This document shows positions 9,103-17,743 of a stretch of DNA of 36,299 nt, one piece after another. This DNA comes from an uncultured Gemmatimonadota bacterium (GTDB lineage: Bacteria > SM23-81), in assembly GCA_964584035.1 (NCBI GenBank), contig CAZOYL010000009.1, forward strand, positions 872 through 37,170, given 5' to 3'. The notes below the pieces were generated by a model that was given only the letters and a program-made list of their open reading frames with translations, was not told the origin of the DNA and did no database searches. Position 1 is the stretch's first letter; each line of letters begins with the position of its first letter. The position numbers and the translations under genes were made by a program.

Positions 9103-9388
9103 AGGATCGTCTCTCTCCAACCGCAAATACATTTTTAGCATATTCTATTGATGCAAGTGGAGTTAAAATGTCAGTCGGAATGTTTCTTGGCGGAAGATTT
9201 ATAAAAATAATTATAAGATATTTCTAAATATGTTTGTTTTCTCGACGGTTCTGCCGGGGTTGTACACAACTTATTTTGTACCAGATTTTTATACTGTATT
9301 CTTTATTGACAGTCCGCATGCAGTAATCAACAGTGCGGATCTTCCTGCTGCCGATGCCACAGCGCAACGGTCTTTCAGGGCCGATAGA

Positions 9389-9424
9389 TAAAGAAATACG
9401 CCGGGATGCTTTCAACTCCCGGCG
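9389..9424 (-). terminator. intrinsic terminator after tRNA-Leu (end of the glycolytic operon)
   Basis: CGCCGGGA/TCCCGGCG stem followed on the minus strand by TATTTCTTT. Confidence 0.7.
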
Positions 9425-9437
9425 CATGGCTGAGAAA

Positions 9438-9523
9438 TGCCGAAGGCGGGACTCGAACCCGCACGGGTGTCCACCCACTGCCCCCTCAAGACAGCGTGTC
9501 TACCAAAATTCCACCACTTCGGC
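9438..9523 (-). tRNA. tRNA-Leu(GAG), CCA not encoded
   Basis: GCCGAAG acceptor stem pairing with CTTCGGC-A, GGTA D-loop, anticodon arm CTGTC-TTGAGGG-GGCAG, long variable arm, GGTTCGAGTCCC T-arm. Classic tpiA-secG-tRNA-Leu synteny. Confidence 0.97.
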
Positions 9524-9552
9524 ATAGATCGATCGACCGGTCGGTGGAGAAT

Positions 9553-9960
9553 TTATTGTCCTCCGGATGGCTCCGCCTCCGGAGGCAACTGATCCCCCCC
9601 GGCCCCCTGCGATCCTGTCTCCATCGGCTGTGGTGCCGGGACCAGCGGAACTGGAGACTCGCTCTGCTGCTGCGTCTGGCGTTCCATCTCACGCTGGATG
9701 ACGCTTTCCTGTCTGTTGGAAAAACGCCTCGAAGCCAGCAGACTTTGCCCCAGACAACTGAGAAAAAAGGCGATCGCCAGGCCGGTGGTCAGCTTGCTCA
9801 GAAAGGTGGCTGCTCCCCGTCCTCCAAATACCGCTCCCATGGCCCCGCCCCCACCGCCAAAGGCGCCGGCTAATCCAGTGCCCTTTCCGGATTGGAGCAA
9901 TACGGAGATGACCAGACCGAGAGCAATCAGCACGTGCACGCTAATCAGAAAGGCATACAT
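9553..9960 (-). CDS. secG: preprotein translocase subunit SecG
   Basis: LVISVLLQSGKGTGLAGAFGG...FGGRGAATFLSKLT, two TM segments, position after tpiA. Confidence 0.96.
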   Translation of the reverse strand: MYAFLISVHVLIALGLVISVLLQSGKGTGLAGAFGGGGGAMGAVFGGRGAATFLSKLTTGLAIAFFLSCLGQSLLASRRFSNRQESVIQREMERQTQQQSESPVPLVPAPQPMETGSQGAGGDQLPPEAEPSGGQ

Positions 9961-9970
9961 AGTTCATCCC

Positions 9971-10726
9971 TCAGATGACGTTTTTGATAATGGCGGTGAA
10001 AGATGAGGCCTCCAGGCTGGCACCCCCCACCAGGGCGCCATCGATCTCCGGCTGCTGCAACAGATCCCGGGCATTGTCCGGTTTCACGCTGCCGCCATAT
10101 TGAATCCTCATCTCCCGGGCCACGGATGGCTGATACTGTTCCGCCACAAGGCCCCGGATAAAGCTGTGGACCTCGTTGGCCTGCTCCGGAGAGGCCGTTT
10201 TCCCGGTACCGATAGCCCAGATCGGCTCATAGGCCAGGATGATGCGCGATGCATCGGATACCGTCAAGCCGTCGAAGGCGCCCAAGAACTGCTCGCGGAT
10301 CACCTCCTGCGTCCGGCCGCCCTCTCGCTCAGCCAACTGTTCGCCAATGCAGACGATGGGAATCAGCGAGGTGCCCAGAGCTGCTTTTAACTTCTTGTTG
10401 ATCTGAGCGTTAGACTCTCCGAAGAGCGTCCTCCGCTCTGAATGTCCCAAAATAACATATCGGCACCCTATTGTCAAGAGCATTTTGGCGCCGATCTCTC
10501 CCGTGAAAGCCCCCTCGGCTTCCCAGTGCATGTTCTGCGCGCCGATCTTCACCGGGCCATCGCCCAGAACCCAGGCCACAGATTCCAGAGCCGTGAACGG
10601 CGGACAGACCACGATGTCCACGCTGGTCACATCGGAGAGCTCTTTCAGCAGCGCCTTGACCAGGCTCACGGCCTCGGGGCCGGTCTTATTCATCTTCCAG
10701 TTTCCGGCGATGATGGGACGTTTCAT
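9971..10726 (-). CDS. tpiA: triosephosphate isomerase
   Basis: IAGNWKMN, ILGHSERR, AYEPIWAIGTG, YGGSVKP and LVGGASL motifs. GGAGG SD before MKRP. Confidence 0.98.
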   Translation of the reverse strand: MKRPIIAGNWKMNKTGPEAVSLVKALLKELSDVTSVDIVVCPPFTALESVAWVLGDGPVKIGAQNMHWEAEGAFTGEIGAKMLLTIGCRYVILGHSERRTLFGESNAQINKKLKAALGTSLIPIVCIGEQLAEREGGRTQEVIREQFLGAFDGLTVSDASRIILAYEPIWAIGTGKTASPEQANEVHSFIRGLVAEQYQPSVAREMRIQYGGSVKPDNARDLLQQPEIDGALVGGASLEASSFTAIIKNVI

Positions 10727-10739
10727 GATACCTCCGCCA

Positions 10740-11954
10740 TCAAGGCTCATTCTTATCGGTCAGCGCCTCAACGCCGGGAAGAGTTTTGCCGGCCAGGAAC
10801 TCGAGTGTGGCGCCGCCCCCGGTGGAAATATATCCAACGCGATCCTGATAACCTCCGCGGGCCATGGCGGACGCGGAATCCCCGCCTCCTACGATGGTCA
10901 ATGCACCGGCAGCGGTGGCCCGAACCAGCGCTTCGGCGATCTGATAGGTGCCGGTGGCGAAATCGTCGATCTCGAAGACGCCCATGGGACCGTTCCAGAC
11001 GACCGTTCGAGCGGCCTCGATCCGGTCGGCGAACCGCTGCCAGGTCTGCGGACCGATATCCACGCCGATCCCATCCGCGGGAATCCCGTCCACCGCCACG
11101 ATGTGACTGCCGGCGCCCGGCTCTATGGCCTCAGCCACCCGGCAATCCACCGGGAGCAGTACATCCACACCTCCGGCCGCGGCCCGCTTCAGAATGGCGT
11201 CCGCCAGGGGCACCCGGTCCTTTTCCACCAGTGAGTTCCCCACCTCGAGACCTCCGGCCCGGAGGAAGGTGAAGGCCATGCCGCCGCCGATCAGCAGCGC
11301 ATCCACCCGCTCAAGGAAACTCTCGATGACTTCGATCTTGCCCGAAACCTTGGCCCCTCCCAGGACGGCCACATAGGGCCGCGACGGATCTGTCAGAGCT
11401 CGGCTGAGAACATCGAGTTCCTTTTTCATCAGGTATCCGGCAGCGGCCGGCTGAAGATATCGGGTCACCCCCACGGTCGAGGCATGAGCCCGGTGGGCGG
11501 TGCCAAAAGCATCGTTCACATAGCTGTCTCCCATGGAGGCCAGCTGCTGCGAAAAAGCTGTTTCGTTGGCGGTCTCCTCAGGGTGGAATCTGAGGTTTTC
11601 CAGAAGGACGGTCTGTCCGCTCTTTTGAGCCGCCACCAGACCGGCCGTTTCCGCTCCGATACAATCGCCGGCCATGGCCACCGGCGTGTCCAGCAGTTGT
11701 TCAAGCCGCCGGGCCACCGGCCGCAGACTCAACTCCGGCCGGATCTGACCTTTGGGCCGTCCCAGATGTGACATCAGAACGGGACGACCGCCCTCGATCA
11801 GGATCTTCCGGATGGTCGGCAGCGCCGCCTGGATGCGCCGGTCGTCCGTGATACCGCCCTGACCATCCAGGGGAACGTTGAAGTCGACCCGGACCAGGAT
11901 CCGTCTGTCTTTCAGTTCCAGATCATCGATGGAGATTTTAGATACGGATGGCAT
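10740..11954 (-). CDS. pgk: phosphoglycerate kinase
   Basis: [46 protein letters not shown] and ISTGGGA motifs. Start at MPSVSK. Confidence 0.98.
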   Translation of the reverse strand: MPSVSKISIDDLELKDRRILVRVDFNVPLDGQGGITDDRRIQAALPTIRKILIEGGRPVLMSHLGRPKGQIRPELSLRPVARRLEQLLDTPVAMAGDCIGAETAGLVAAQKSGQTVLLENLRFHPEETANETAFSQQLASMGDSYVNDAFGTAHRAHASTVGVTRYLQPAAAGYLMKKELDVLSRALTDPSRPYVAVLGGAKVSGKIEVIESFLERVDALLIGGGMAFTFLRAGGLEVGNSLVEKDRVPLADAILKRAAAGGVDVLLPVDCRVAEAIEPGAGSHIVAVDGIPADGIGVDIGPQTWQRFADRIEAARTVVWNGPMGVFEIDDFATGTYQIAEALVRATAAGALTIVGGGDSASAMARGGYQDRVGYISTGGGATLEFLAGKTLPGVEALTDKNEP

Positions 11955-11967
11955 CGACGCCCCAGTA

Positions 11968-12966
11968 TTATCCCAACATGACGGCAGCCAGCTCCACCAT
12001 CCGGAGCGCATAGGCCGACTCGTTATCGTACCAGGAGATGACCTTGAGTAAGTTTTTATCCAGAACCGTGGTCAGCAGGCTGTCATAAATACTCGAATGG
12101 GGATTGCCGATGATGTCCACCGATACCACCGGCTGATCGATGTACTCCAGAATGCCTTTCATGGGACCTTCGGCCGCCGTCCGAAAGGCCTTATCGATCT
12201 GCTCTTTGGAGGCCGGTTTGTCCACCTGGGCTACGAAATCGACCATGGAGCCATCCCAGGTGGGCACCCGAACGGCCATGCCGTCAAGCTTTCCCTTGAG
12301 TTCCGGGAGCACGACCGCGGTGGCAACGGCCGCTCCGGTCGTCGTGGGGATCATGGACATGCAGGCGGCCCTGGCGCGACGCAGGTCTTTATGGGGCAGA
12401 TCGAGAATCCGTTGATCGTTGGTATAGGCGTGAATGGTGGTCATCAGGCCCCGGACGATACCGAAGGTGTCGTTGATCACCTTGGCCACTGGAGCGAAGC
12501 AATTGGTGGTGCAGGAGGCCGTTGAGATGATGTCATGTTTATCGGGGCGGTACTCACGATCGTTGATGCCTTTGACGATGGTGGCATCGACACCTTTCCC
12601 CGGTGCTGAGATCATCACTTTTTTCGCGCCGGCATCGAGATGTTTGGCCGCATCTTCCCGTTTCCGGAATTTCCCGGTGGACTCGATGACCACATCGATG
12701 TCATACTCCTGCCATGGAATACGAGCAGGATCTCTCTCGGAGCAGACCTGCAGCGTTTGGCCGTCGATGACGATGGATTGACCCTGGGCCTGAACCTGCG
12801 CGTCCAGAACGCCATGCACGGAATCATACTTCAGCAGATGCGCCATGGTCGCACTATCGGTGATATCATTGATGGCCACGATATCGACGTTGGGATTCTT
12901 CCAGGCGTGTCGAAAGACCAACCGCCCGATTCGTCCAAATCCGTTGATACCCACCCGAATAGCCAT
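11968..12966 (-). CDS. gap: type I glyceraldehyde-3-phosphate dehydrogenase
   Basis: [29 protein letters not shown] and WYDNE motifs. Confidence 0.98.
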   Translation of the reverse strand: MAIRVGINGFGRIGRLVFRHAWKNPNVDIVAINDITDSATMAHLLKYDSVHGVLDAQVQAQGQSIVIDGQTLQVCSERDPARIPWQEYDIDVVIESTGKFRKREDAAKHLDAGAKKVMISAPGKGVDATIVKGINDREYRPDKHDIISTASCTTNCFAPVAKVINDTFGIVRGLMTTIHAYTNDQRILDLPHKDLRRARAACMSMIPTTTGAAVATAVVLPELKGKLDGMAVRVPTWDGSMVDFVAQVDKPASKEQIDKAFRTAAEGPMKGILEYIDQPVVSVDIIGNPHSSIYDSLLTTVLDKNLLKVISWYDNESAYALRMVELAAVMLG

Positions 12967-13035
12967 TCTCTTCCCTCCTCGTACGTCATTTTCAGACAAC
13001 CAAGTTCGTATCCCGACAGATCACCCGGACCGATA

Positions 13036-14079
13036 TCACCCGAAAAAGACCTGGGCAATCTTGTACAGCTCGGGATCGACCTTCTTGATCCCTTTAGTGG
13101 CTTCCGACAGATCCACGGCGACGACCTTGTTTCCCCGGAGAGCCACCATTTTACCAAAACGATCCTCTTTCACCAGATCGATGGCGGCGATACCGAATCG
13201 GGTCGCCAGCACCCGGTCGAATGCCGAGGGAGATCCGCCCCGCTGCAAATGCCCTAGGACGGTCACGCGAGTATCAAAACCCGTCCGGCGAAGGATTTCC
13301 CTCCCCAGCACATTGCCCACCCCCCCCAGCCGAACGTGACCGAAGGCATCCTTTTCCCAATCCTGAACGACAAACGTGCCATCCTTGTCTTCCGGAGTTG
13401 GAATCTTGGCTCCCTCTGCCACCACGATGATACTGAAGTCCTTGCCTCTCTGGTGACGCTTTTCGATCAGTTTACAGATCTTCTCTATTTCGTAAGAGAC
13501 CTCCGGTATCAGAATGGCATCGGCCCCGCCCGCCAGGCCGGCCTGCACCGCGATCCAGCCGGTATGGCGGCCCATGACCTCAAGGATCATCACCCGGTTA
13601 TGCGACTCAGCGGTGGTATGCAGACGGTCTATGGCCTCGGTGGCGATATTCACCGCCGTATCGAATCCGAAGGTGTAATCGGTCCCGTTGAGATCATTAT
13701 CGATAGTTTTAGGCACGCCGACAACACGAACCCCCCGGTCATAGAGCTCCCGGGCCACACCCAGGGTATCCTCTCCCCCGATGACCACGAGAGCGTCCAG
13801 TTTGAGTTCCTTCAGATTGCTGAAACAATCCTTCACGTGCTCATCAGATTCAAGAGGATTGGTCCGAGAGGACTTTAAAATCGTCCCGCCCCGATGGAGA
13901 ATTCCGGAGATGTCTCCCAGGCCCAAGTTTTTCGTCCTTTTTTCCAGAAGACCCCGCCAACCTTCCAGAATGCCGTAAACCTCATAGCCATAAACGCTGA
14001 TTGCCTTCCTGGTGACCGCGCGAATGACGGCGTTCAATCCGGGACAGTCGCCACCACCGGTTAATATTCCGACTCTCAC
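13036..14079 (-). CDS. pfkA: phosphofructokinase (group III/mixed-substrate PfkA family)
   Basis: GILTGGGDCPGLNAVIR, GGEDT, PKTIDND, EVMGRH.GW and LGHLQRGG motifs. GTG start with GGAGGT SD. Confidence 0.95.
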   Translation of the reverse strand: MRVGILTGGGDCPGLNAVIRAVTRKAISVYGYEVYGILEGWRGLLEKRTKNLGLGDISGILHRGGTILKSSRTNPLESDEHVKDCFSNLKELKLDALVVIGGEDTLGVARELYDRGVRVVGVPKTIDNDLNGTDYTFGFDTAVNIATEAIDRLHTTAESHNRVMILEVMGRHTGWIAVQAGLAGGADAILIPEVSYEIEKICKLIEKRHQRGKDFSIIVVAEGAKIPTPEDKDGTFVVQDWEKDAFGHVRLGGVGNVLGREILRRTGFDTRVTVLGHLQRGGSPSAFDRVLATRFGIAAIDLVKEDRFGKMVALRGNKVVAVDLSEATKGIKKVDPELYKIAQVFFG

Positions 14080-14116
14080 GTTTGGACACCTCCATTTCAA
14101 GTAAAAGTTAAACTTT

Positions 14117-14146
14117 AATATAGTACTTCCTGACTCTGTGAGTCAA
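14117..14146 (-). promoter_or_regulatory. putative sigma70 promoter of pfk-gap-pgk-tpiA-secG-tRNA with an overlapping palindrome
   Basis: Minus strand TTGACT-N18-TATATT; the inverted repeat TGACTC-tgt-GAGTCA (14131-14145) covers the -35. Confidence 0.6.
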
Positions 14147-14282
14147 GGAGAAAACTCCAGTTCCCTCCTCCTGGTAACTTTTCCATGATCTGGTTTCCAG
14201 ATGTTGTTGAAAAACGGAGGCGGAAACGGCCGTCCAGACACACGGCCTGGGGAGAGGATGAAACCGAGGCGCGAAATTCCCC

Positions 14283-14311
14283 TTGACAGCCAACCCGTTG
14301 GATCGTACCAT
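14283..14311 (+). promoter_or_regulatory. putative sigma70 promoter of the ECF S-component gene
   Basis: TTGACA-N17-TACCAT. Confidence 0.65.
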
Positions 14312-14345
14312 TATGAGATGACCTTTTACGGCGGAGGCTGACGAT

Positions 14346-14945
14346 ATGATGTCGATGAAGGTTCCCGGATCCATACAGAGGCAGGATCAGCAGTACTATT
14401 TTTCTCTCAGGGACCTCCTCATCATCACCCTTCTGGCGGCCCTGGGGATCGCCATGAAACCGCTGCTGCAGCCCTTTTCACGCCTGCTGCTGAATGCTTT
14501 TTCCGTTCCCGGCGGCGTTCTCTTCGGCGGGTTCTACATGATGTGGCTGGCACTGGCTCGAGGCCTGGTGAACAAGCCCGGCAGCGGCATCCTGGCGGCC
14601 TTCATACAAGGCATCACGGCCCTGGCCGTGGGGCTCTCTCCTGCCCATGGAGTCCTTTCGCTGGCCACATTTCTCCTCCCCGGAGCAGCCGTGGAACTGG
14701 CCTTTTGTCTTCCGGGGCAAGGAATGTTCTCTCGAGCAGGCCGCTTTCTGCTGTCCTGTATCCTGGCCAATCTGACCGGTATCGCCATCGTGGTCCTGGT
14801 CCGCGGATTCGGTCGTCAACCGGTGCTCATCCTGATGATCATCGGCGGGTTCTCAGGCGGCCTGGGCGGCCTGGTGTCCTTCGCGGTGGCCGAGAAAATC
14901 CCCCGGCGCTTCCTGACATCCTCCCGCGACCACAGCCAGGCATAA
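14346..14945 (+). CDS. ECF transporter S-component (YkoE/ABC_cobalt-like)
   Basis: ~6 hydrophobic segments; LRDLLIITLLAALGIA, PGG..FGGFYMMW and LVNKPGSG patterns typical of S-components. GGAGG SD. Confidence 0.75.
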   Translation: MMSMKVPGSIQRQDQQYYFSLRDLLIITLLAALGIAMKPLLQPFSRLLLNAFSVPGGVLFGGFYMMWLALARGLVNKPGSGILAAFIQGITALAVGLSPAHGVLSLATFLLPGAAVELAFCLPGQGMFSRAGRFLLSCILANLTGIAIVVLVRGFGRQPVLILMIIGGFSGGLGGLVSFAVAEKIPRRFLTSSRDHSQA

Positions 14946-14983
14946 AAAAAGCGGGACGAGTCGGTCTCGTCCCGCTTCCGTTT
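14944..14983. terminator. bidirectional intrinsic terminator between convergent genes
   Basis: A7 - GCGGGACGAG-tcggt-CTCGTCCCGC - TTCCGTTT. Confidence 0.85.
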
Positions 14984-14997
14984 CTCTATAGAAGAGA

Positions 14998-15909
14998 TCA
15001 GTTCATCACCGGCCCCGGCCCGACGAAGCAGCTCATCCCCCAGGCTCTGGAATCATAGGGCATGAGATCGTCGAAGACCGTCCCATGATCGATGACGTCG
15101 ATGGTGGCATGTCTCGGCCTGGCGGGATGCGGAGGATCCGCAGCCGTCACCCAGGTGCCCTGAAACACCCCGCCGCCGATATGCCGGAAGGGATGCCGGA
15201 AGAAATGCGGCGCATGCAGGAAGACCAGATCGTCGGGATTACCGGTGTCCACCGTGAATGTGACGCTATCTCCGGGATCGAGGACAAAGAGATCCTCCAG
15301 GTTCCACAAGCTGGACACATCGGTGATGGTGGTATCGATCGAGCCGCTGCTGGAGATCACCTGAACACTGTGGATCACTTTGGTGCACGGATTGGAAACG
15401 ATCTCCCAGCCGGAAATGGCCTTCAATTCCCATCCCCCATAGCGTCTGCCGACCTGCTCAGAACCTGATCGCTCCAGATACGCATATCTCACCGCTGTAT
15501 CGTCGATGTCCTTGGTATAGTCGACCTCCATGGTGACCGTGTGAAACAGCCCCTGTAGCGTGGTGGTGATGGTCACCTCGGCATAGTCCATCAGGGAATC
15601 CTGATAGATGGAGATATCGATGTTCTTCGTCCGATGGGTGATCTCTCTCCAGAAGACCACCGGATCGATTTCGGCAAGCAACTTGGACATGGCCGGATCG
15701 CCGCCGCCATCGGCGACTTCCCCGGAGCCATCCTGGTAATCGTACGTGAATAGCTCCGAGTTGTCGTCCACGAAGGCCCTGAGATATGTCTCATCGGGGG
15801 AATCAGTGGGTCCCACCGGGCTCTGATTCTGCGCACACCCGGCCAGGACGAACAGGATGCCGACGGCCAGCAGGCCGATCCTGACGAGATATTCCTCCTT
15901 CTTCTTCAT
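14998..15909 (-). CDS. hypothetical lipoprotein
   Basis: MKKK + hydrophobic stretch + lipobox LAG-C; GGAGG SD; beta-rich-looking mature domain; no recognisable catalytic motif. Confidence 0.8.
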   Translation of the reverse strand: MKKKEEYLVRIGLLAVGILFVLAGCAQNQSPVGPTDSPDETYLRAFVDDNSELFTYDYQDGSGEVADGGGDPAMSKLLAEIDPVVFWREITHRTKNIDISIYQDSLMDYAEVTITTTLQGLFHTVTMEVDYTKDIDDTAVRYAYLERSGSEQVGRRYGGWELKAISGWEIVSNPCTKVIHSVQVISSSGSIDTTITDVSSLWNLEDLFVLDPGDSVTFTVDTGNPDDLVFLHAPHFFRHPFRHIGGGVFQGTWVTAADPPHPARPRHATIDVIDHGTVFDDLMPYDSRAWGMSCFVGPGPVMN

Positions 15910-15986
15910 GGCTCATCCCTCCTTTGGGGATTGAGTGGAACGTTTGAAAGTCCCGAATCGCGCCCTGACTCCTGACCCGTTCCAGG

Positions 15987-16002
15987 CGCAATCTCCATGC
16001 CA
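15987..16002 (-). promoter_or_regulatory. sigma54 (-24/-12) promoter of the lipoprotein gene
   Basis: Minus strand TGGCATGGAGATTGCG (GG-N10-GC), ~80 nt above the start, with an AT-rich tract at 16020-16075. Confidence 0.7.
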
Positions 16003-16123
16003 AGGGGAATGATGGACCGTATCGATTTTCTAACATCCTATATAACTGTCTATTAGAAGTTTTTTTGTTCATCTCCAAAGCCTCCGGATGCCGCCTGGGA
16101 TGAATTCGTGACCCCTTGGGTAG

Positions 16124-16153
16124 GGCTGACCGTACCCTGTGGTACGGTCAGCC
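16124..16153. repeat. perfect 13-bp inverted repeat
   Basis: GGCTGACCGTACC-ctgt-GGTACGGTCAGCC, with no U-tract on either side. Confidence 0.9.
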
Positions 16154-16180
16154 GGCCGTTTCCCGGCCCATGACCCGGCC

Positions 16181-16214
16181 AAAGAAAAGCCCGAATCCTT
16201 CGTTGGATTCGGGC
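16181..16214 (-). terminator. intrinsic terminator of the GWxTD gene pair
   Basis: GCCCGAATCC/GGATTCGGGC 10-bp stem followed on the minus strand by TTTTCTTT. Confidence 0.8.
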
Positions 16215-16330
16215 CAAGATCTATCGGGCCGCCGGGGGTATCGGAATCCCCTGCCGGGGTCAGGGCCGCGACCCCACCAGACGCCGGTACTCACCGGACG
16301 GGCCGATCACGGTGCTGGGGACTTCTAGGG

Positions 16331-17743
16331 CTATCGGGCAATCTTGTCAGGCCAGCTCGGATCTCGGTATTCACTCTTGGCCGTTGAGTGAATGAGCGTA
16401 TAATTATCGAATCCGCTCAGATCGGCAAAGATGAACTCTATGCCGCCTTCCAGAGAGTAATAATGCCAGCGCTCCCAGGCCACCCGGGTAATATCACTGG
16501 GGTAGCGCTCGATGTCATCGGGCGGGCCATAGATCACATAAATTCTCCCCTGGTCGGTTTTCCAGCCATCATTTTGCTGGAAACGGGAGAAATGCTGATT
16601 GGCATAGTTCCACCGGCGCATATGCTCCCGGCGAAATTCGTTGTCGGATGTGGTTGGATCGGAATCCCTCCGGCGCCAGAATTCCTCCAGGAATCGAGCC
16701 TTGCCCTCCAGATTCAAACTTCTATAAATTTTCAGATCCTCATCGCTGGCCACATACCGGATGAGATCCAGCCGATAGGAGGCTTCCTCCTCGGTCAGGC
16801 TGTTCTGTTCTTCCGGCTCCAGCCGTTCTCTTTCCGGCGAAGATACCTGGAACCATCTCTGATTTGACACTTCCTGACCGGTCTGGTGATCGCTGACGGT
16901 CAGGCGGAAAAAATAGGAGCCCGGCGAAAGTCCGACCACATTGACCCCGCTGACCTCCACGGCCGACACGCCGGGTTTCCTTTTTTGAGTTGTCGGATAG
17001 CTTTTCAGAAGATCTCCGGCTGAGTCGAGGATGTCCTGTCGGACACTATACGTGGAATCAGAACCGGGACCCGTTTTCAAGCCATAGATTTCCGCATAAT
17101 AATACAGGACCGGGACATCGATTCCATAGCTCCTCATGGGATTGGGAAGAACTCGAACTCCGTTCTTGACGAAATCTCCGGCCTGTTCTGTCGGGCTGAT
17201 GTCCAAAGCCAGTTCCAGCTGGCTGAGGGACAGCTCCTCATGTGGAAAGGCCGGCACGTAAAGCTCACCCGAAAGGGAACTGACCTTTTTGCCCCCCTGA
17301 TCGGTCAAACTGATATCGATGTCGTAGAAATCGGGTTCCAGCAGCAGGCCGACGATATCGAAGATCGAATAACCCTGCTCCAGCTGCTCCTCGGTGCTCA
17401 CCAGGATGTCCTTTTGCCACTGCCGACTCCAGCGCTGGATGCTGTCCGCGTCGGTGACGGCGGCATCGAAGAGAAGCGTGGCCATGAATCCGTCGGGATC
17501 AGATTCAAAATGCAGGCTCTTGGTGGACAACAGAAAATAGATCTCGACATAGGAGCTCTCCGGATCCTCAAGAGATTTGAACACGGCCGTATCCACAAAA
17601 AAGGGCAGTCCCTCGCCTTCCTCAAAGGCCTCCGCCATCTCTCCAGAAGTCCCCAGAAAGATCATGATCAGAGCCAAGCTGAATGCAACCAGCCATGCTG
17701 ACCGGATCCGCTTATCGCCAGGCAACCAGTTTATAATCCCCAT
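16331..17743 (-). CDS. GWxTD domain protein (secreted/periplasmic), paralog 2
   Basis: FLEEFWRRRDSDPTT..NEF...H..R..YAN..F.....GWKTDQGRIYVIYGPPD; N-terminal signal-like hydrophobic stretch. Start uncertain (17743/17749; ORF extends to 17857); overlaps the upstream paralog end. Confidence 0.88.
   Translation of the reverse strand: MGIINWLPGDKRIRSAWLVAFSLALIMIFLGTSGEMAEAFEEGEGLPFFVDTAVFKSLEDPESSYVEIYFLLSTKSLHFESDPDGFMATLLFDAAVTDADSIQRWSRQWQKDILVSTEEQLEQGYSIFDIVGLLLEPDFYDIDISLTDQGGKKVSSLSGELYVPAFPHEELSLSQLELALDISPTEQAGDFVKNGVRVLPNPMRSYGIDVPVLYYYAEIYGLKTGPGSDSTYSVRQDILDSAGDLLKSYPTTQKRKPGVSAVEVSGVNVVGLSPGSYFFRLTVSDHQTGQEVSNQRWFQVSSPERERLEPEEQNSLTEEEASYRLDLIRYVASDEDLKIYRSLNLEGKARFLEEFWRRRDSDPTTSDNEFRREHMRRWNYANQHFSRFQQNDGWKTDQGRIYVIYGPPDDIERYPSDITRVAWERWHYYSLEGGIEFIFADLSGFDNYTLIHSTAKSEYRDPSWPDKIAR

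Noticed and set aside
9306..9335. Plus-strand TTGACA antisense to the tRNA
   Set aside because: No acceptable -10 at 16-18 nt spacing.
9224..9478. 84-aa ORF over the tRNA and its terminator
   Set aside because: Overlaps tRNA-Leu and the terminator; no coding features.
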